Shown: positions 55,042 through 64,000 of the stretch, piece by piece
How positions within the stretch are numbered: the first letter of the stretch is position 1
Layout: the number at the start of each line of letters is the position of its first letter
NCBI GenBank assembly: GCA_043228905.1
Contig: JBHGNT010000033.1
Span: forward strand, 186,001-250,000
Reading direction: 5' to 3'
DNA: 64,000 nucleotides
Source: Azolla caroliniana
Lineage: Eukaryota > Plantae > Polypodiophyta
Notes under the pieces: generated by a model
Database searches by the model: none
Told to the model about the DNA's origin: nothing
What the model saw: the letters and a program-made list of their open reading frames with translations, nothing else
Program-made: the position numbers and the translations under genes

Positions 55042-58000
55042 GTGAGTCAATTATAATGTTCATACCTGGCTCGTGTGCTATAGGATTTTTGTGTTCAAAC
55101 ATGCGTATCGAAGCTAACAACGCTAGCTATGATATGGAATTAAAATATAAAGATTTTGAAAAATCAGGTCGACAGACATGAAGAAATTAGCATATTTGAG
55201 GAGGTAGTGGAGAAGAGCCCGTTAGGAAATAAAAATGTTCATACCTGGCTCGTGTGATATCGGATTTTTGTGTTCAAACATGCGTATCGAAGCTAACAAC
55301 GCTAGCTATGATAAGGAATTAAAATATAAAGAAATCAGGTCGAGAGACATGAAGAAATTAGCAAATTTGAGGAGGTACTTGAGAAGAGCTCGTGAGTCAA
55401 TTATAATGTACATACCGGGCTCGTGTGATATCGGATTTTTGTTTTCAAACATGCGTGTCGAAGCTCACAACGCTAGTTACGATATAGAATTAAAAAATCG
55501 AGATTTTGAAACTCAGGTCGAGAGACATGAAGAAATTAGCAAACTTGAGGAGGTACTTGAAAAGATCTCGTGAGTCAATTATAATGTTTATACCTGGCTC
55601 GTGTGATATCGGATTTTTGTGTTCAAACATGCGTATCGAAGCTAACAACGCTAGCTATGATATAGAATTAAAGAATTGAGATTTTGAAACTCAGGTCGAG
55701 AGACATGAAGAAATTAGCAAATTTGAGGAGGGATTTTAGAAGAGCCCGTGACTAAATTAAAATGTTCATACCTGGCTCGTGTGATATCGGATTTTTGTGT
55801 TCAAACATGCGTATCGAAGCTAACAACGCTAGCTATGATATTGAATTAAAAAATCAAGATTTCGAAACTCAGGTACAGAGACATGAAGAAATTAGCAAAT
55901 TTGAGGATGGACTTTAGAAGAGCGCGTGAGTCAATTATAATGTTCATACCTGGCTCGTGTGCTATCGGATTTTTGTGTTCAAACATGTGTATGGAAGCTC
56001 ACAACGCTAGCTATGATATAGAATTAAAAAATCGAGATTTTGAAACTCAGGTCGAGAGACATGAAGAAATTAGCAAATTTGAGGAGGTACTTGAGAAGAG
56101 CCCGTGAGTCAATTATAATGTTCATACCTGGCTCGTGTGATATCGGATTTTTGTGTTCAAACATGAGTATGGAAGCTCACAACGCTAGTTATGATATAGA
56201 ATTAAAAAATCGAGATTTTGAAACTCAGGTCGAGAGACGTGAAGAAATTAGCACATTTTAAGAGGTAATTGAGAAGAGCTCGTGAGTCAATTATAATGTT
56301 TATACCTGGCTCGTGTGATATCGGATTTTTGTGTTCAAACATGCGTATCGAAGCTAACAACGCTAGCTATGATATAGAATTAAAAAATCAGGTCGAGAGA
56401 CATGAAGAAATTAGCAAATTTGAGGAGGGATTTTAGAAGAGCCCGTGACTAAATTAAAAAGTTCATACCCGGCTCGTGTGATATCGGATTTTTGTGTTCA
56501 AACATGAGTACTGAAGCTAACAACGCTAGCTATGATATAGAATTAAAAAATCGAGATTTTGAAACTCAGGTCGAGAGACATGAAGAAATTAGCAAATTTG
56601 AGGAGGGAGTTTAGAAGAGTGCGTGAGTAAATTAAAATGTTCATACCTGGCTCGTGTGATATCGGATTTTTGTGTTCAAACATGCGTATCGAAGCAAACA
56701 ACGCTAGCTATGATATAGAATTAAAAAATCAGGTCGAGAGACATGAAGAAATTAGCAAATTTGAGGAGGGATTTTAGAAGAGCCCGTGACTAAATTAAAA
56801 TGTTCATACCCGGCTCGTGTGATATCGGATTTTTGTGTTCAAACATGAGTACTGAAGCTAACAACGCTAGCTATGATATAGAATTAAAAAATCGAGATTT
56901 TGAAACTCAGGTCGAGAGACATGAAGAAATTAGCAAATTTGAGGAGGTACTTGAGAAGAGCCCGTGAGTCAATTATAATGTTCATACCTGGCTCGTGTGA
57001 TATCGGATTTTTGTGTTCAAACATGAGTATGGAAGCTCACAACGCTAGTTATGATATAGAATTAAAAAATCGAGATTTTGAAACTCAGGTCGAGAGACGT
57101 GAAGAAATTAGCACATTTTAAGAGGTAATTGAGAAGAGCTCGTGAGTCAATTATAATGTTTATACCTGGCTCGTGTGATATCGGATTTTTGTGTTCAAAC
57201 ATGCGTATCGAAGCTAACAACGCTAGCTATGATATAGAATTAAAAAATCAGGTCGAGAGACATGAAGAAATTAGCAAATTTGAGGAGGGATTTTAGAAGA
57301 GCCCGTGACTAAATTAAAAAGTTCATACCCGGCTCGTGTGATATCGGATTTTTGTGTTCAAACATGAGTACTGAAGCTAACAACGCTAGCTATGATATAG
57401 AATTAAAAAATCGAGATTTTGAAACTCAGGTCGAGAGACATGAAGAAATTAGCAAATTTGAGGAGGGAGTTTAGAAGAGTGCGTGAGTAAATTAAAATGT
57501 TCATACCTGGCTCGTGTGATATCGGATTTTTGTGTTCAAACATGCGTATCGAAGCAAACAACGCTAGCTATGATATAGAATTAAAAAATCAGGTCGAGAG
57601 ACATGAAGAAATTAGCAAATTTGAGGAGGGATTTTAGAAGAGCCCGTGACTAAATTAAAATGTTCATACCCGGCTCGTGTGATATCGGATTTTTGTGTTC
57701 AAACATGAGTACTGAAGCTAACAACGCTAGCTATGATATAGAATTAAAAAATCGAGATTTTGAAACTCAGGTCGAGAGACATGAAGAAATTAGCAAATTT
57801 GAGGAGGGACTTTAGAAGAGCGCGTGAGTAAATTAAAATGTTCATACCTGGCTCGTGTGATATCGGATTTTTGTGTTCAAACATGAGTACTGAAGCTAAC
57901 AACGCTAGCTATGATATAGAATTAAAAAATCGAGATTTTGAAACTCAGGTCGAGAGACATGAAGAAATTAGCAAATTTGAGGAGGTACTTGAGAAGAGCC

Positions 58001-61000
58001 CGTGAGTCAATTATAATGTTCATACCTGGCTCATGTGATATCGGATTTTTGTGTTCAAACATGAGTATGGAAGCTCACAACGCTAGTTATGATATAGAAT
58101 TAAAAAATCGAGATTTTGAAACACAGGTCGAGAGACATGAAGAAATTGGCAAATTTGAGGAGGGACTTTAGAAGAGCCCGTGACTAAATTAAAATGTTGA
58201 TACCTGGCTCGTGTGCTATCGGATTTTTGTGTTCAAACATGCGTATCCAAGCTAACAACGCTAGCTATGATATGGAATTAAAAAATCGAGATTTTGAAAC
58301 TCAGGTCGAGAGACATGAAGAAATTAGCAAATTTGAGGAAACATGAAGAAATTAGCAAATTTGAGGAGGTACTTGAGAAGAGCCCGTGAGTCAATTATAA
58401 TGTTCATACCTGGCTCGTGTGCTATCGGATTTTTGTGTTCAAACATGCATATCGAAGCTAACAACGCTAGCTATGATATAGAATTAAAAAATCGAGATTT
58501 TGAAACTCAGGTCGAGAGACATGAAGAAATTAGCAAATTTGAGGAGGTACTTGAGAAGAGCTCGTGAGTCAAATATAATGTTCATACCTGGCTCGTGTGC
58601 TATCGGATTTTTGTGTTCAAACATGCGTATCGAAGCTCACAACGGTAGCTATGATATAGAATTAAAAAATCGAGATTTTGAAACTCAGGTCGAGAGACAT
58701 GAAGAAATTAGCAAATTTTAGGAGGTAATTGAGAAGAGCCCGTGAGTCAATTCTAATGTTCATACCTGGCTCGTGTGATATCGGATTTTTGTGTTCAAAC
58801 ATGCGTATCGAAGCAAACAACGCTAGCTATGATATAGAATTAAAAAATCATGATTTTGAAACTCAGGTCGAGAGACATGAAGAAATTAGCAAATTTGAGG
58901 AGGGACTTTAGATGAGCGCGTGAGTAAATTAAAATGTTCATACCTGGCTCGTGTGATATCGGATTTTTGTGTTCAAATATGAGTATGGAAGCTAACAACG
59001 CTAGTTATGATATAGAATTAAAAAATCGAGATTTTGAAACACAGGTCGAGAGACATGAAGAAATTAGCAAATTTGAGGAGGGACTTTAGAAGAGCCCGTG
59101 ACTAAATTAAAATGTTGATACCTGGCTCGTGTGCTATCGGATTTTTGTGTTCAAACATGCGTATCCAAGCTAACAATGCTAGCCATGATATGGAATTAAA
59201 AAATCGAGATTTTGAAACTCAGGTCGAGAGACATGAAGAAATTAGCAAATTTGAGGAGGTAGTGGAGAAGAGCCCGTGAGTCAATTATAATGTTCATACC
59301 TGGCTCGTGTGATATCAGATTTTTGTGTTCAAACATGCGTATCGAAGCTAACAACGCTAGCTATGATATAGAATTAAAAAATCGAGATTTTGAAACTCAG
59401 GTCGAGAGACATGAAGGAATTAGCAAATTTGAGGAGGGACTTGAGAAGAGCTCGTGAGTCAATTATAATGTTCATACCTGGCTCGTGTGCTATAGGATTT
59501 TTGTGTTCAAACATGCGTATCGAAGCTAACAACGCTAGCTATGATATGGAATTAAAATATAAAGATTTTGAAAAATCAGGTCGACAGACATGAAGAAATT
59601 AGCATATTTGAGGAGGTAGTGGAGAAGAGCCCGTTAGGAAATAAAAATGTTCATACCTGGCTCGTGTGATATCGGATTTTTGTGTTCAAACATGCGTATC
59701 GAAGCTAACAACGCTAGCTATGATAAGGAATTAAAATATAAAGAAATCAGGTCGAGAGACATGAAGAAATTAGCAAATTTGAGGAGGTACTTGAGAAGAG
59801 CTCGTGAGTCAATTATAATGTACATACCGGGCTCGTGTGATATCGGATTTTTGTTTTCAAACATGCGTGTCGAAGCTCACAACGCTAGCTACCATATAGA
59901 ATTAAAAAATCGAGATTTTGAAACTCAGGTCGAGAGACATGAAGAAATTAGCAAACTTGAGGAGGTACTTGAGAAGATCTCGTGAGTCAATTATAATGTT
60001 TATACCTGGCTCGTGTGATATCGGATTTTTGTGTTCAAACATGCGTATCGAAGCTAACAACGCTAGCTATGATATAGAATTAAAGAATTGAGATTTTGAA
60101 ACTCAGGTCGAGAGACATGAAGAAATTAGCAAATTTGAGGAGGGATTTTAGAAGAGCCCGTGACTAAATTAAAATGTTCATACCTGGCTCGTGTGATATC
60201 GGATTTTTGTGTTCAAACATGCGTATCGAAGCTAACAACGCTAGCTATGATATTGAATTAAAAAATCAAGATTTCGAAACTCAGGTACAGAGACATGAAG
60301 AAATTAGCAAATTTGAGGATGGACTTTAGAAGAGCGCGTGAGTCAATTATAATGTTCATACCTGGCTCGTGTGCTATCGGATTTTTGTGTTCAAACATGT
60401 GTATGGAAGCTCACAACGCTAGCTATGATATAGAATTAAAAAATCGAGATTTTGAAACTCAGGTCGAGAGACATGAAGAAATTAGCAAATTTGAGGAGGT
60501 ACTTGAGAAGAGCCCGTGAGTCAATTATAATGTTCATACCTGGCTCGTGTGATATCGGATTTTTGTGTTCAAACATGAGTATGGAAGCTCACAACGCTAG
60601 TTATGATATAGAATTAAAAAATCGAGATTTTGAAACTCAGGTCGAGAGACGTGAAGAAATTAGCACATTTTAGGAGGTAATTGAGAAGAGCTCGTGAGTC
60701 AATTATAATGTTTATACCTGGCTCGTGTGATATCGGATTTTTGTGTTCAAACATGCGTATCGAAGCTAACAACGCTAGCTATGATATAGAATTAAAAAAT
60801 CAAGATTTTGAAACTCAGGTCGAGAGACATGAAGAAATTAGCAAATTTGAGTAGGGATTTTAGAAGAGCCCGTGACTAAATTAAAAAGTTCATACCCGGC
60901 TCGTGTGATATCGGATTTTTGTGTTCAAACATGAGTACTGAAGCTAACAACGCTAGCTATGATATAGAATTAAAAAATCGAGATTTTGAAACTCAAGTCG

Positions 61001-62417
61001 AGAGACATGAAGAAATTAGCAAATTTGAGGAGGGAGTTTAGAAGAGTGCGTGAGTAAATTAAAATGTTCATACCTGGCTCGTGTGATATCGGATTTTTGT
61101 GTTCAAACATGCGTATCGAAGCAAACAACGCTAGCTATGATATAGAATTAAAAAATCAGGTCGAGAGACATGAAGAAACTAGCAAATTTGAGGAGGGATT
61201 TTAGAAGAGCCCGTGACTAAATTAAAATGTTCATACCCGGCTCGTGTGATATCGGATTTTTGTGTTCAAACATGAGTACTGAAGCTAACAACGCTAGCTA
61301 TGATATAGAATTAAAAAATCGAGATTTTGAAACTCAGGTCGAGAGACATGAAGAAATTAGCAAATTTGAGGAGGGACTTTAGAAGAGCGCGTGAGTAAAT
61401 TAAAATGTTCATACCTGGCTCGTGTGATATCGGATTTTTGTGTTCAAACATGAGTACTGAAGCTAACAACGCTAGCTATGATATAGAATTAAAAAATCGA
61501 GATTTTGAAACTGAGGTCGAGAGACATGAAGAAATTAGCAAATTTGAGGAGGTACTTGAGAAGAGCCCGTGAGTCAATTATAATGTTCATACCTGGCTCA
61601 TGTGATATCGGATTTTTGTGTTCAAACATGAGTATGGAAGCTCACAACGCTAGTTATGATATAGAATTAAAAAATCGAGATTTTGAAACACAGGTCGAGA
61701 GACATGAAGAAATTGGCAAATTTGAGGAGGGACTTTAGAAGAGCCCGTGACTAAATTAAAATGTTGATACCTGGCTCGTGTGCTATCGGATTTTTGTGTT
61801 CAAACATGCGTATCCAAGCTAACAACGCTAGCTATGATATGGAATTAAAAAATCGAGATTTTGAAACTCAGGTCGAGAGACATGAAGAAATTAGCAAATT
61901 TGAGGAGACATGAAGAAATTAGCAAATTTGAGGAGGTACTTGAGAAGAGCCCGTGAGTCAATTATAATGTTCATACCTGGCTCGTGTGCTATCGGATTTT
62001 TGTGTTCAAACATGCATATCGAAGCTAACAACGCTAGCTATGATATAGAATTAAAAAATCGAGATTTTGAAACTCAGGTCGAGAGACATGAAGAAATTAG
62101 CAAATTTGAGGAGGTACTTGAGAAGAGCTCGTGAGTCAATTATAATGTTCATACCTGGCTCGTGTGCTATCGGATTTTTGTGTTCAAACATGCGTATCGA
62201 AGCTCACAACGGTAGCTATGATATAGAATTAAAAAATCGAGATTTTGAAACTCAGGTCGAGAGACATGAAGAAATTAGCAAATTTTAGGAGGTAATTGAG
62301 AAGAGCCCGTGAGTCAATTCTAATGTTCATACCTGGCTCGTGTGATATCGGATTTTTGTGTTCAAACATGCGTATCGAAGCAAACAACGCTAGCTATGAT
62401 ATAGAATTAAAAAATCA
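55042..62417 (+). repeat. Subfamily-B block duplication (55.04-58.85 kb vs 59.45-62.42 kb; offset 4412 then 3567) with an 860-bp 5-mer duplication in the first copy only
   Basis: ORF pairs 55235/59647, 55883/60295 and 56040/60452 (offset 4412); 57938/61505, 58343/61910 and 58500/62067 (offset 3567); 56040/56900 (860 = 5x178-30). 4412-860+15 = 3567. Confidence 0.92.
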
Positions 62418-62770
62418 GGTCGAGAGACATGAAGAAATTAGCAAATTTGAGGAGGGATTTTAGAAGAGCCCGTGACTAAATTAAAAAGTTCATACCCGGC
62501 TCGTGTGATATCGGATTTTTGTGTTCAAACATGAGTACTGAAGCTAACAACGCTAGCTATGATATAGAATTAAAAAATCGAGATTTTGAAACTCAGGTCG
62601 AGAAACATGAAGAAATTAGCAAATTTGAGGAGGGAGTTTAGAAGAGCGCGTGAGTAAATTAAAATGTTCATACCTGGCTCGTGTGATATCGGATTTTTGT
62701 GTTCAAACATGCGTATCGAAGCAAACAACGCTAGCTATGATATAGAATTAAAAAATCAGGTCGAGAGACA
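56380..62770 (+). repeat. Seven 163-bp monomers with a 15-bp deletion (junctions ~56390, 56731, 57250, 57591, 61158, 62417, 62758)
   Basis: AAAAAATCAGGTCGAG replaces AAAAAATCAAGATTTTGAAACTCAGGTCGAG. They form 341-bp dimers (56390/56731, 57250/57591, 62417/62758). Confidence 0.93.
58313..58368 (+). repeat. 28-bp internal tandem duplication giving a 206-bp monomer (also 2201-2256, 61880-61935, 63124-63179, 63634-63689)
   Basis: ACATGAAGAAATTAGCAAATTTGAGGAG occurs twice in tandem, with GAG microhomology at the junction. Confidence 0.93.
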
Positions 62771-64000
62771 TGAAGAAATTAGCAAATTTGAGGAGGGATT
62801 TTAGAAGAGCCCGTGACTAAATTAAAATGTTCATACCCGGCTCGTGTGATATCGGATTTTTGTGTTCAAACATGAGTACTGAAGCTAACAACGCTAGCTA
62901 TGATATAGAATTAAAAAATCGAGATTTCGAAACTCAGGTCGAGAGACATGAAGAAATTAGCAAATTTGAGGAGGGACTTTAGAAGAGCGCGTGAGTAAAT
63001 TAAAATGTTCATACCTGGCTCGTGTGATATCGGATTTTTGTGTTCAAACATGAGTACTGAAGCAAACAACGCTAGCTATGATATGGAATTAAAAAATCGA
63101 GATTTTGAAACTCAGGTCGAGAGACATGAAGAAATTAGCAAATTTGAGGAGACATGAAGAAATTAGCAAATATGAGGAGGTACTTGAGAAGAGCTCGTGA
63201 GTCAATTATAATGTTCATACCTGGCTCGTGTGCTATCGGATTTTTGTGTTCAAACATGCATATCGAAGCTAACAACGCTAGCTATGATATAGATTTAAAA
63301 AATCGAGATTTTGAAACTCAGGTCGAGAGACATGAAGAAATTAGCAAATTTGAGGAGGTACTTGAGAAGAGCTCGTGAGTCAATTATAATGTTCATACTT
63401 GCCTCGTGTGATATCGGATTTTTGTGTTCAAATATGCGTATCGAAGCTAACAACGCTAGCGATGATATAGAATTAAAAAATCAAGTTTTTGAAACTCAGG
63501 TCGAGAGACATGAAGAAATTAGCAAATTTGAGGAGGTATGAAGAAATTAGCAAATTTGAGGAGGTATCCAAGCTAACAACGCAAGCTATGATATGGAATT
63601 AAAAAATCGAGATTTTGAAACTCAGGTCGAGAGACATGAAGAAATTAGCAAATTTGAGGAGACATGAAGAAATTAGCAAATTTGAGGAGGTACTTGAGAA
63701 GAGCCCGTGAGTGAATTATAATGTTCATACCTGGCTCGTGTGATATCGGATTTTTGTGTTCAAACATGCGTATCGAAGCTAACAACGCTAGCTATGATAT
63801 AGAATTAAAAAATTGAGATTTTGAAACTCAGGTCGAGAGACTTGAAGAAATTAGCAAATTTGAGGAGGGATTTTAGAAGAGCCCGTGACTAAATTAAAAT
63901 GTTCATACCTGGCTCGTGTGATATCGGATTTTTGTGTTCAAACATGCGTATCGAAGCTAACAACGCTAGCTATGATATTGAATTTAAAAATCAAGATTTT

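Larger units (their letters stand above)
1..64000 (+). repeat. Tandem satellite array, 178-bp monomer, ~360 head-to-tail copies; extends beyond both window ends; putative (peri)centromeric satellite of a eukaryote
   Basis: Approximate consensus TTCATACCTGGCTCGTGTGATATCGGATTTTTGTGTTCAAACATGCGTATCGAAGCTAACAACGCTAGCTATGATAT(A/C)GAATTAAAAAATC(G/A)AGATT(T/C)TGAAACTCAGGTCGAGAGACATGAAGAAATTAGCAAATTTGAGGAGGGACTTGAGAAGAGCGCGTGAGTCAATTAAAATG recurs every 178 bp (ORF starts 118, 296, 474). The array is directly visible; the centromeric role is inferred only from monomer size and organisation. Confidence 0.99.
55041..64000 (+). repeat. Monomer subfamily B domain
   Basis: High frequency of GAGGTACTTG...GAGTCAATTATAATG, CATGAGTACTGAAGC, CATGAGTATGGAAGCTCAC, GGGATTTTAG, CATACCCGG and GAGTAAATT. 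Contains 163-bp and 206-bp monomers. The A-domain variants are essentially absent. Confidence 0.88.

Noticed and set aside
118-63541. Well over a hundred similar 60-136 aa ORFs read as a tandem gene family or repeat protein
   Set aside because: They overlap in shifting frames set by the 178-bp period, are frequently broken by stops and frameshifts, vary without apparent synonymous bias and match no domain I recognise.
1-64000. CRISPR array, or a repeat/variable-spacer cassette system
   Set aside because: There are no unique spacers; the whole 178 bp is repeated with only SNPs and indels. No cas, recombinase or reverse transcriptase gene is present.
1-64000. Identity with A. thaliana CEN178, Brassica CentBr or primate alpha satellite
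   Set aside because: Only the length is similar. The sequence does not match my recollection of those consensus sequences; BLAST is needed to be definitive.
1-64000. 5S rDNA, tRNA or snRNA tandem array, or degenerate telomere repeat
   Set aside because: No recognisable RNA gene sequence or Pol III boxes. TTTAG and CTAAA occur only as isolated variants, not as TTTAGGG or TTAGGG runs.

Overview
The whole 64 kb is one uninterrupted head-to-tail tandem satellite array of about 360 copies of a 178-bp, AT-rich monomer, all on the same strand. I see no unique sequence, transposon, inversion, RNA gene or real protein-coding gene. The 60-136 aa ORFs in the track come from one stop-free frame in the monomer. 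Monomer length and organisation resemble eukaryotic (peri)centromeric satellite, but I cannot assign the family or organism. The informative signal is internal architecture. (i) There are two monomer subfamilies: A (1-~55,040) and B (~55,040-64,000), plus a ~0.7-kb B island at ~1.85-2.56 kb that shares a unique compound indel scar with 63.3-63.75 kb. (ii) Nested, variable-period higher-order repeats and block duplications occur at offsets of 341, 535, 712, 860, 891, 1129, 1246, 1425, 3148, 3562, 4070, 4412, 12,287, 29,797 and 38,344 bp. (iii) Out-of-register indels (28- and 62-bp duplications, 15- and 80-bp deletions) nearly all have 3-4 nt microhomology at their junctions. All comparisons were made by eye and from ORF-track offsets, so block boundaries are approximate. 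I found no evidence for a novel gene system.
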